This document shows, one piece after another, positions 9,208-21,692 of a DNA stretch of 32,000 bases. Source of the stretch: Candidatus Absconditicoccus praedator (GTDB lineage: Bacteria; Patescibacteriota; Gracilibacteria; Absconditabacterales; Absconditicoccaceae). Position 1 is the stretch's first letter. The number at the start of each line of letters is the position of its first letter. Location: contig NZ_CP054059.1 in the NCBI RefSeq assembly GCF_021057185.1, positions 660,001 through 692,000 on the forward strand. The letters are read 5' to 3'. Below the pieces are notes generated by a model. That model saw nothing but the letters and a program-made list of their open reading frames with translations. It did not search any database and was not told the DNA's origin. The position numbers were made by a program, and so were the translations under genes.

Positions 9208-11817
9208 ATGCCAAATTTTGAAAAATATACAAGCAAAGCTTTTGAAGCTATACAACAAGCACAAGACTCAGCAGTTGGGAATGAAAACAGTTATATTGAC
9301 ATATCACATCTGTTTTTGGCTATGCTTGAACAAAAAGACTGATATATTCCTTCTATAATACAAAAATTATGATTGGAAACAAATAATATAAAACAAAAAA
9401 CTCAAGACTACATCCAAAAACTACCAACCATCTCATGACAAACACAGGTTGGAATAAGCAACGAACTCAACAAAATATTAATAGATGCAGAAAAAGTTGC
9501 CAAATCTATGAAAGATGAGTACATCACTACAATACACTTTTTGGTAAGTATGTTTAATATCAAAAACGAATTCACCAAAAATACTTTGGAAAATTTGTGA
9601 ATTACCAAAAAACAGGTAGAAGAAGCAGCTCAACAAGTAAAATGACAACAACCAATACAAAGCCAAGATCCCGAAGCCAATACAAATGCTTTGGAAAAGT
9701 ACTGAAGAGACATCACCAAAGAAGCCCAAGAATGAAAAATGGATCCTGTAATATGAAGAGAAGACGAAATCAGAAGAACTCTACAAATACTATCCAGAAG
9801 GACCAAAAACAATCCTGTACTTGTCTGAGACCCATGAGTTGGTAAAACAGCCATTGTAGAATGAATAGCCCAACTGATCACAAAATGAGAAGTACCTGAA
9901 AGCCTGCTCAACAAAAAGATAATAGAACTGGATATTTGAAGCATGATGGCAGGAAGTAAATACAGATGAGAGTTTGAAGAGAGACTAAAAGCTGTACTAA
10001 AAGAATTAAACGAAGCTGAGTGAGAAATAATACTTTTCATAGATGAAGTACATAGTGTGGTTGGTACCTGAAAAACAGAATGATCTATGGATATGTGAAA
10101 TATGATAAAACCAGAACTTGCCAGATGAAAAATAAGAATGATTTGAGCTACCACTCTCAATGAATACAGAAAATATATAGAAAAAGATCCAGCACTTGAA
10201 AGAAGAATGCAAAAAGTAAATGTAGATGAACCTACACCACAAGATAGTATTGCTATACTTAGATGAATAAAAGAAAGATATGAAGCTCATCATTGAGTAA
10301 AAATACAAGATGATGCTGTAGTTGCTTCGGTAGATCTTTCTACCAAATATATTACAGAAAGATTCTTGCCAGACAAAGCTATAGATCTTTTGGATGAGGC
10401 TGCAGCTAGTGTGAAAATGTCTCTTACTTCTATGCCAGAAGAAATTCAAGGATTAGAAAAAAAACTAAGCCAACTTGAAATTGAAAAACAAGCCCTAAAT
10501 CTAGAAAAAACTGAAAAAAACAAAGAAAGACTCCAGCAAATAGACAAAGAGATAGCAGACTTGAAAGAAAAATATCAAAGCATGAAATCTGCTTGGGAAG
10601 AAGAAAGAAAAATGGTTTTGGAAGTACAAAACCTAAAAGAAAAAATCCAACAAGCAGAACACCAAGCTGCTATGGCAGAAAAACAAACCGACTACAACAA
10701 AGTAGCAGAAATAAGGTATGGTGAAATACCAAAACTACAAGAACAACTCAAACAATACGAAGAAAAAATAGAAAATGCAAAAACTCAATGATCAGTAGCT
10801 ATCAAAGATATAGTCCAACCAGAAGATATTGCATCAATCATAAGTAAACGAACATGAATTCCAGCATCAAAACTTGTAGAAAGCGAAAAAGAAAAACTTG
10901 CCAAAATAGAAGAACATATTTCCTCACAAGTAATATGACAAGAAAAAGCAATAAACCATGTAGCCAATGCCATCAGAAGATCAAGAGCCTGACTAAAAGA
11001 CGAATCAAAACCAATAGGTTCTTTCTTGTTTCTTTGACCTACCTGAGTTGGGAAAACACAACTTGCTAAATCTCTTGCCAAATTCTTGTTCAACGATGAA
11101 AGTGCTATGGTAAGAATTGATATGTCTGAATACATGGAAAAACATTCTGTAAGCAGACTTGTAGGTGCTCCTCCAGGATATGTATGACACGAAGAATGAT
11201 GACAGCTAACAGAAAATATTAGAAGAAAACCTTATTCTGTAATACTACTAGATGAAATAGAAAAAGCTCATACTGATGTTTTCAATATACTTTTGCAAGT
11301 ACTAGATGATGGTAGACTTACAGATAGTCAGTGAAGAACAGTCAACTTCAGCAATACTATATTGATAATGACAAGTAATATATCTTCGGATCTTATTATG
11401 GAAAAACTTTGAGAAAACAACTCTCAAGAAACAAGAGAACAAGTTGAAAATCAAGTAATGAGTAATTTATGAAATTATTTTAGACCTGAATTTATCAACA
11501 GGATTGATGACATCATAGTATTCAACCCTATCAACAAAGATATGATCAAAAACATTATAGATATCCAAATCCAAGAATATCAATCAAAACTTGGCAAAGA
11601 CAAATGAATAAGTCTAGAAATAAATGACGAAGCAAAAGAATTCTTAGCCAAAGTTTGATGGGATCCTAGTTTTGGTGCAAGACCACTAAATAGAGCTATT
11701 CAAAAACATATACTAGATGAATTAGCTATGAAAATAGTAAACTGAGAAATCAAAGAATGAGCAACAGTACAAATAAGCTCAAAAAATTGAGAAAAGTTGG
11801 AATTTAGTAGTAAATAA
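9208..11817 (+). CDS. clpB: ATP-dependent chaperone / disaggregase ClpB
   Basis: 870 codons, ATG 9208, TAA 11815..11817. N-domain present. NBD1 [26 protein letters not shown]. The coiled-coil middle domain is the only long standard-code ORF (10366..10791). NBD2 [19 protein letters not shown] and LLDEIEKAH. Dozens of in-frame TGA fall at conserved Gly positions. Confidence 0.97.
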
Positions 11818-11837
11818 ATATTTGAAAATTTAAACAG

Positions 11838-11873
11838 AGAGTAATCTAAAGTTTTTGGATTACTCTTTTTTTT
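11838..11873 (+). terminator. Rho-independent terminator of clpB
   Basis: The 9-bp stem AGAGTAATC (11838..11846) pairs with GATTACTCT (11858..11866) and is followed by a T-run up to 11873. It lies 21 nt after the clpB stop. Confidence 0.75.
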
Positions 11874-11887
11874 GAACACAGAAAATA

Positions 11888-12010
11888 TTATTTTTTATCC
11901 AATCTTTTTTCTGCCATTTTGAGCTCTTCTTCAAGTTGGGACAACTCTTTCCTAGTGTTTTCTATTTCCTCCTCTTCAGGAGTTCTTTCTGGTGGGTTTT
12001 CAACACCCAT
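11888..12010 (-). CDS. Possible 40-aa acidic ORF (MGVENPPERTPEEEEIENTRKELSQLEEELKMAEKRLDKK)
   Basis: ATG 12010..12008, TAA 11890..11888. There is no homology signal and it may be non-coding. Confidence 0.25.
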   Translation of the reverse strand: MGVENPPERTPEEEEIENTRKELSQLEEELKMAEKRLDKK

Positions 12011-12184
12011 GATTTGGTTTTTATATATTAAAAATATATCCTAATATAAATTATAAATATTTTGACACAAAAATGCAAATTTATGAGAAAGTTGTCTTTA
12101 TTTAAGATTTTAAGATTTAAATTACAATAAAACACTAAATAATTTTTCAAACACACAATTTTAAAAAAATTTACACAAAAAATA

Positions 12185-12212
12185 TTGATAACACAAAACA
12201 AACTATTATACT
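12185..12212 (+). promoter_or_regulatory. Candidate promoter for ung (TTGATA-16 nt-TATACT)
   Basis: -35 at 12185..12190 and -10 at 12207..12212, 37 nt upstream of the ung ATG. There is a high chance background for such hexamers in AT-rich sequence. Confidence 0.3.
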
Positions 12213-12248
12213 AACAAAAATTTTATCTATATCAAATCACTCATCCAA

Positions 12249-12923
12249 ATGAAAGTAAATCCCAAAATAGAAAAATCCTGGTTTTCTGCACTAAAAGATG
12301 AATTCCAAAAAGACTATTTCATAGATCTCAAACAATTTTTAATCAAAGAAAAACAAAATCATGAAGTTTACCCTCCCGGAGAAAAAATTTTCTCTGCTTT
12401 TGATAAATGCCCCTATGATAAGCTTAAAGTTGTAATAATATGACAAGATCCTTATCACTGACCAGATCAAGCCAATTGACTTGCTTTTTCTGTAAATGAA
12501 TGAATATCAAGACCACCTTCCTTACAAAACATATACAAAGAGATCCAAAACGATCTTTGAATAGAAATGTGATCTTCTGGAGATTTGTGAAAATGGGCAG
12601 AACAATGAATACTTCTACTAAACACTACTCTAACTGTGAGAAAATGACAAGCAGGTTCACACAAATGACAATGATGGGAAGAGTTTACAGACTCTGTAAT
12701 CAAAACAATTTCAGAAAACAAGTCATGAATCATATTTCTTCTTTGGTGAAATTATGCCAAAGAGAAAAACTCATTGATAGATAAAAATAAACATTATATA
12801 CTAGAAGCAGCACATCCAAGTCCATTTTCAGCAAATAGAGGTTTTTTTGGATGCAAACATTTTTCCAGGGTAAATGAAATTTTAAAAAATCAATGAAAAA
12901 AAGAAATTATACGAAAAATATAA
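12249..12923 (+). CDS. ung: Uracil-DNA glycosylase (family 1)
   Basis: 225 codons, ATG 12249, TAA 12921..12923. Motifs: [59 protein letters not shown]. Confidence 0.93.
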
Positions 12924-12932
12924 TTAGATTAA

Positions 12933-14336
12933 CTAACAAAAATTAGGATTATTTTTATTTTCTTCTTGAGGATTATAAACTATTACTTTTTTGTTGGTAA
13001 ATGCTTTTAATCATTCAGGTCAGTTTTCTTTTCAATAACCTGATTTCTTAACACCACCAAAAGGTAAGCTTGCCTTGGAACCAGCAGGTTGATTGATAAA
13101 CACCATACCAGTATGTATCCTTGAAGCAATATCAACAGTTTGATTTATATCATCTCCATAAACACAACCACAAAGACCAAAATCAGAATTGTTGGCAACT
13201 TCTACAGCCTCATCCAAATCTTTTACTTTGATAATAGAAGCCACAGGCCCAAATAGTTCTTCTTGATAAGAAGTCATTCAAGAAGTAACATCTGCCAACA
13301 CAGTAGGAGCATAATAATATCAAGATCATTCCATTTTGTATCATCAAGTAAGAAGTTTGGCTCATTGTTGAATGGTTTGCTGAACTTGATAATGGAGTTT
13401 GTCTCTTAGATCTTGTCTTGCTATTGGTCATACTTGTGTATTTGAATCCATTGGATCTCATACTATCAAATTTTCCATATGTTCCTTGAAATATTCACAA
13501 AATTTATCATACTCACTTTCTCTTACTATAAACCTTTTTGAAGAATTACATTTTTGTCAACAATTTGAAACTCTTGCCTTTACAGCTTCTTTGGCCACAC
13601 CACTCAAATCACTTGTATCTGCCACAATAAATGCATCATTCCCACCAAGCTCTAATACTGACGGTTTCAGATACTTTCCTGCCAAAGAACCAACAATACT
13701 TCCTGCATTTTCTGATCATGTTAGATTTACTCAAGCAATAGCTTTTTGAGAAATAATATATTCGGTATCTTTGGTAGATGCTTTGATATCTTGATAAACT
13801 CAATCAGGAAATCCTGCCTTTTTAAAAAGCTCCTCCAACTTTTCTCAACACAAAGGAACATTTTCTGCATGTTTATATATTGTAGTATTTCCAGCCAAAA
13901 TGTTTGGGACTGCTGCCCTAAGAACTTGATTGAAAGGAAAATTCCAAGGAGCTATACCATATATCACTCACAAAGGATCATACTGGGATTTTACTTTTAC
14001 ACCCTCTGATTGGTAATATTGCTCTTTGAGAATATCTTGAAAATTTTCTGCAAACCATTTTATAAGACCTACAGACTTATCAATACCTTGATAAGAAACA
14101 TGATAAGGCATACCCATTTCTTTGGATTCTAGATCTGCCAAGTTGGACTTTTCTTTTTGTATCAGTTCTGCAAGATTTAGAAAATACTGTTTTTTTTCAT
14201 TTCATGAAACTTTTTTCCATTCATAAAAAGTTTTTTCTGCTTTTTTGATTTTTTGATCTATTTCTTCTTTAGAAATATAATCGTATCTTGCTATTAGTTC
14301 TTCTGTGGCCGGATTTATAGATATTATTTGTGACAT
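12933..14336 (-). CDS. NAD(P)+-dependent aldehyde dehydrogenase, succinate-semialdehyde dehydrogenase-like
   Basis: 468 codons, ATG 14336..14334, TAG 12935..12933. Motifs: [53 protein letters not shown] (catalytic Cys), [18 protein letters not shown]. Confidence 0.9.
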
Positions 14337-14501
14337 TAAACCTTCATTAAAATTTTAAATATGTTTATATATATTGTCATTTTAGTTAATTTTCAACAAG
14401 AAATTAAAAAATATACAAAACATATAAAGTTTAGTTATGATTTTTAAAACTAAAAGAAGCAACAAGTTTATTAAAGAAAATATATTTTACTTTTCAATAA
14501 A

Positions 14502-15623
14502 CTATTTTATAAGATTATTTCAATCATATTTTACCATCTTGGATTTTGAATCATCTGGAACAATTGCTGGCATTTGTAACCTTTCTATAGCAACTGCACT
14601 AGCTACTGTATCAATTTGTCTACCATAATGAAAAATTAAATGTTTTACTCTTTTATTTTTTTCTACTGCATCTTTAGCAATTTGTGCAGGTATTCTATAT
14701 AAAGCTCTAGGTCATTTGTAATTTATAGTACGTGATATTTTTTGACAATTTATTCATGCTCACCTTTGAAGTAGCTTGGCAAGTCTAGGCTCCATAATCA
14801 TATAAGCATTTGGTATGTTTTCAATACACATAACTTTGTGTAAACTAATAAAAGCCAAAGTCGGAAGGATTAGGCTACTGGTTGCGTTTGGATGTTTGCA
14901 TAATCTAGATATTTCACATACAGGCTCACCAGCATTTTCTTCCAATAAATCCACATTAAAAATTTTTTCTACAGGTAGCTGCACAGGATTTTCTTGTGTT
15001 TTAACTATAATCCTTGATGTTCAGACAACACCCTCTGTTTCTGTATTTTGCAAAGATACATGATGGGTACAATCAAGGTCATCATAGTAATCCCTGTCTT
15101 TTTTTGCACTATTTGGAGGCTCCCAGCCTCTTTGTTCGCAATAGACTTTGTATCTTAATTTAAACACCTCTTCTTTTAAACTATCTGGTATATTATACAT
15201 AATTCTATGAGTTTCTACAAATTCTTTAACCTCTATATCATTAAGTGCATGTAATGTATCTTCGTGCCGAAATAGTAAAACATTATCAAGTCGTCTTCAA
15301 GGAACTCGAAACTTATCAACATAAAACATTGTTTTTCTTCTCTGTTCTTTGGTTACAGCAAAAGTTTGAGGCATATTTGCTCAACGATTGTTCTGATAAT
15401 CATCTGGATCACCTATAATTTCTTGAGCAATCTCCCGATTTAAGTAATCTACATCTGTAGGAGCATCTGAGGGTTTTGAGAAATAATTGTCTAAAAAACT
15501 ATCTACAAGCTGTCTTGCAAAACTAGCACTTACACCTTCTGATTTTGATGCAGAAGGATCCAAACCATCCAATACTTCTGAATCTAAATTATTTGAACGA
15601 GTCTGAGGTTGCTGTCTTACCAT
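14502..15623 (-). CDS. GNAT-fold N-acyl amino acid synthase / autoinducer-synthase-like acyltransferase (LuxI/FeeM/PEP-CTERM-associated type) with a ~135-aa N-terminal extension
   Basis: 374 codons, ATG 15623..15621, TAG 14504..14502. Core motifs: FKLRYKVYCEQRGWEPP...DYYDDLDCTHHVSL...GVVGTSRIIV, EISRLC, MIMEPRLAKLLQRGAGI, INYKGPRALY. The N-terminus is acidic and low-complexity, and alternative internal ATG starts exist. Confidence 0.6.
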
Positions 15624-15773
15624 TTTAATTTTTATTATTAAAAACAACACACTACACCTAATATTGTCAATATTTTTTATATATTAAAGGTATTATATAA
15701 AAGTTTTCTTAAAAATCAATATCTTTTTATTTTTTTAATTTTAGCTTAAAAACAACAAGTACATATATAGATG

Positions 15774-15938
15774 CTACAGCAACTCAGAAACTCAAAAAAC
15801 TCAACTCATACTGCCAATTTCAGGTAACCCAAAAAATCAGAAAAAATATAAAAAAAATAAAAACTCAAAGAACCAAAGCTTTTTGATAATCACTAAGTTC
15901 ATCTTTGATTTTTTTCATTTTCACATTACTAAGTTCAT
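15774..15938 (-). CDS. Possible small hydrophobic ORF (54 aa)
   Basis: ATG 15938..15936, TAG 15776..15774. It has a duplicated MNLV start motif, then KKLWFFEFLFFLYFFGFFGLPEIG. It lies between pepF and the acyltransferase gene and has weak support. Confidence 0.2.
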
Positions 15939-15993
15939 AACACAATGTACCTATACCCACAAGTATCAAAGCCTATAACATCAAACTAATTGA

Positions 15994-17772
15994 TTAAACT
16001 AAACTTTCCAAATCATCTACCATATCTTCTATCACAGCTATTCAGTCTTTGAAAAAGTTTTTTGAAGAAATATCTATTCAATTTTGAATAAGCAAATCAT
16101 AAGGAGTTTTGCTTCATCCTGCTCTAAGTATGTCTTTATATTTTGGTATAAAACTTTCTCCATCTTTTTTATATTTTTGATACAATGAAAAGCTTAGTAT
16201 ATTACCAAAAGCATAAGAATAACAATAAAAAGGTACCGCAAAAATATGAGGAATACCAGACCATCATGTTTCTTTATCTGCTGGTACATCAAAACTTATC
16301 TTATCCCCTACTAGTTTTTCTTGCTCTTCTCTCCATATATTGTTGAAGTCTTTGTATGTTAGGTGTTTTCATTCATAAAAACTTTGATGAACTCTCCTTT
16401 CAAAGAGGATATATTGTATTTGTCTAAAAGTAGTAGCAAAAGCATCCTCTATCATATCTACCAGTAAAGATATTTTTTCTTTTTTTGATAGAGTTTGCTT
16501 CAGATAGTCTGTAAAAACAAGTTCATTGAAAACAGAAGCAGTTTCTGCCAAGCTCAATCAAGTATCAAAAACTTGTAAAGCTTGGTTTTGAGAAAAGTAT
16601 CCATGAATAGCATGTCAGATTTCATGAGATATAGTAGATACATCATTTAGTTTTGATGAATAATTCAAAAGAACGAAACTATCAAAATCTTTGGAATAAC
16701 TTGCAAAAGCTCATCATCTTTTTCATTTTTTGGGGAAGACATCTACTCTACCATCCTCAAACATATCTACAGCAAAATCATAAAACTGAGAATCAAAATT
16801 TTTCATAGATTTCAAAAATAAATCCAATCATTCTTCGAAAGGCATTTTTCTTTCTTCTGATGAAACAGGAGCTAATATATCATAGTATTCCAGCTTATTT
16901 TTTCACAAAAGTTTTGCTTTCAATCATAAGTATTTTTGATAAAGAGGATAAGAGTTTTCAACTTCTTCAAGCAAAGTATCCACTACTTGATTATCCAATT
17001 CTTCTGATACATTTTGAGGTTCCATCACTGTGTTGTAGTTTCTAATTTTCACTTCTGTTACCCAGTTTTTAACAATACTTGAATACATATTCCCAAGTGT
17101 TATTTGAACTTTTTTATCAAGATATTTTTTTCTGATAGCATCAAAAGCTTTTTTTCTAGTTTCTGGATTTGTGTCAGACCTTAGAGATCTTACTTCATCT
17201 TCAGATAGGTTTTTGATATTTCATTCTATATTCATCCTGAAAACAAAACTTCAAGTCAGTTCTTCACGAAGATTATCCAAAACATTACTAGTAGCAGTAT
17301 CTTTCATATTTATCACATACTCCTCTTTTTCTCACAAAAGATATTTGATACCATTAGCTGATTGCACAAACCAGTTTGAATAATCTTTTAATTTTGGGGA
17401 TTTAGAAAATTCAATAAGTTTATCATAACCTATTTGTTTTATTTCTTGAGACACAAAAAGTAGTTTATTGGATTCATTTGTCATAAAGTCTTCAAACTCT
17501 CAAAGTTTTTTTAGCACTTCCTGATTTTGAGTATCAAGAGAAGATTTGAAATTAAGGAATCTTCATATCTTCCCTGCAGTATAAGAAATTTTACTTTTCT
17601 TTTGAAAAAAGTTCAAGAAATCATCTTCTGTAAAAGTTTTAATTTTTCATTTATAGTTTTTTACTATATCATCAACTAGTTTTTGTATTTGCTTTTTGTC
17701 TTCTTCTATTTGAGGATCATCCAAAGATTTATAAAATTTTGATAAATCTCGGTTTGTTTTATAGTTTATCAT
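15994..17772 (-). CDS. pepF: Oligoendopeptidase F (peptidase M3B)
   Basis: 593 codons, ATG 17772..17770, TAA 15996..15994. Zinc motif HEIGHAIHG at 16626..16600 (the Gly is a TGA codon at 16617..16615). Also LAETASVFNE and IPHIFAVPFYCYSYAFG. Confidence 0.9.
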
Positions 17773-17807
17773 AAACAGTTATTTATTTTTAAAATTCTAT
17801 CATAAAA

Positions 17808-19709
<1,902 letters not shown>

Positions 19710-19837
19710 ATTTATTTTATTTGAGTGTTAAAACTAATACATTACTTTATACTGATTTATACAAGTTTTTCAACTTTTTGTTGAAATATATAAATATATT
19801 TTTATAACAAACTCGGATTTTAAAAATAAAAGCCAAT

Positions 19838-20257
19838 ATGATAAATACAGAAAACTTAGAAAATGCAATCAAAAAAATCAAAGATAGCGCCACCAAAAGG
19901 ATTCTTGAAGAAACAAAATCCCAGCTTATAAGTATATGAAGCCAACCCATACCAGCACAAACAAAGCTTTTGAGTTTATCAGAAATCCAAAACGATGCTG
20001 AAGCTATAAAATTTTACAAAGAAATTTGTAGATTAGAATCAGCATTGAATTGTTACTTTGATATGCAGGAAAAAATAAATTCTGAATGAGTTAAACTTAC
20101 AAAAAAAGACAGTGAAGAACTTCAAGGACTTATGTATGAATGAATCAAAATAGGATGAAAAATAATCACATACCTGTCAGAAGTCATGCATAAAAACCCT
20201 AAAGCCATTACAAAAGAATGAATGAATTTTCTAGAAATATATAGAAGTTTTTGATAA
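19838..20257 (+). CDS. Hypothetical protein (139 aa)
   Basis: ATG 19838, TAA 20255..20257, open with TGA=Gly: MINTENLENAIKKIKDSATKRILEETKSQLISIGSQ... No recognisable motif. It is the first gene of a co-oriented block. Confidence 0.5.
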
Positions 20258-20285
20258 TTTTTTAATAAATATGTAGACAACTTAA

Positions 20286-21029
20286 ATGAACCTTTTTGAC
20301 AAAGTAAATCAACAAATTCAAGAAATTTTAAAAAATCAAAATATTGATTTTTATAAGCAAAAAGACAACCAACACAAATTACCAACTTCTGATGCAGTAT
20401 TTTGCGCAGAAGACACCATCAGAAATAGATATTTTTTTAAAGCAATACAAAAAGCAATAAAAGATACAAACAAAAAAGACATAACAATAGTAGACGCCTG
20501 ATCTGGCACCTGAATACTATGAATTATGGCATTACACCTTGGAGCCAAAAAAGTGATATTTATAGAAGAAAATCCTTATTCATTAAATTTATCAAAAAAA
20601 ATAGTTGAATTTTTTGATCTTTGAAAAAAAGTAGAATTTTATAACAAAGATGCAAACAACATAGAGTTAAAAGAAAAAATAGACATACTAATAAGTGAAA
20701 CCATAAAAACAAACTTTAAAAATGAAGACTTCCCACATATTATTAAAAATTTTCAAAATCAATTTTGAAATACATTCAAAATAATACCTGAATGATTCAA
20801 GTTAAATTTTTATACTCCAGCTTATGAACTTTTATTTACCAAACTTTTTAATTCATACAATTTAAGCCCACCCTACCAGATAGATTCAAACTGACATAAA
20901 AAAGTATTTATTGACTGAACTAGTTATATGTACAAAGATATATATCTTAATTCATGAGAATGTATGTCATATTTCAATATATTACCCCTAAGTAAAAACG
21001 AAGAAAGTAGTATGTTCAATTTAATTTAA
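20286..21029 (+). CDS. Class I SAM-dependent methyltransferase, PRMT-like (protein arginine methyltransferase / PrmA-like fold)
   Basis: 248 codons, ATG 20286, TAA 21027..21029. Pre-motif I AEDTIRNRYFFKAIQKAI. Motif I ITIVDAGSGTGILGIMALHLGAKKVIFIEENP. Also DILISETIKTNFKNEDF and IIPEGFKLNF. Confidence 0.6.
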
Positions 21030-21040
21030 TAAAACCAAAA

Positions 21041-21607
21041 ATGTGGGAAAAGTTAATAAAAACCTTTCTAGAAAAAAACAGTCAAATCAACTTGTCTGCA
21101 ATAAAAGATGAAGAATGAGTTCGTATAAAACATATACAAGATAGCCTTGAAATCAACAAAATACTAACTTTCAAGCCTGGTTCTAGTATTATAGATGTAT
21201 GAACTTGATGAGGCTTTCCACTTATACCAATGGCTATAAGCAACCCAAAATGCAATTTTGTATGACTTGATTCCAAAAGAAAAAAAATTGAAGCAGTCAA
21301 TGAAATTATTGAAAAACTGGGCATACAAAATGTTTACTGCAAACGAGGAAGAGCAGAACAAGAAAAACAAAATTTTGATTATATAACAGCAAGAGCTGTT
21401 GGGTATGCGGACAAACTATTGCAACAAATTACACATCTTACCAAAAAACAAGGCTATATAATTCTTTATAAACAATTCGACGAAGAAGAACTGGAAATTA
21501 TCAAAAAAAGCAGCAAAAAACTAAATTTAAAAATTCACAAACAACATAATTATAGTCTTTTTGAGAATGATATAAACAGAGTCATATATATACTCAAAAA
21601 ATGTTAA
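21041..21607 (+). CDS. rsmG: 16S rRNA (guanine527-N7)-methyltransferase RsmG (GidB)
   Basis: 189 codons, ATG 21041, stop ends at 21607. Motifs: HIQDSL, IIDVGTGGGFPLIPMAI, VGLDSKRKKIEAV, RGRAE, ITARAV. Confidence 0.85.
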
Positions 21608-21692
21608 AAAAAGCAACTAAAATTTAAATATTGAAAATAACTATAAAATAATTATAAAGAAAGACAAGCTTTAAAATCCTAACAGCAATAAA

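Noticed and set aside
9630-10449. Long standard-code ORFs on the minus strand (9630..10160, 176 aa; 10006..10449, 147 aa)
   Set aside because: They are antisense to clpB and low-complexity. They are explained by the absence of TAA/TAG in the reverse frames of an AT-skewed coding region. clpB fully accounts for this DNA.
14437-14628. 63-aa plus-strand ORF at the 3' end of the acyltransferase gene
   Set aside because: It overlaps the acyltransferase gene's C-terminal end antisense, is low-complexity and has no motif support.
19768-19786. The short inverted repeat TTTCAAC-N5-GTTGAAA in the gyrB / hypothetical-gene divergent region
   Set aside because: A 7-bp AT-rich dyad is expected by chance in this composition, and it has no flanking U-tract or promoter context that I could support.
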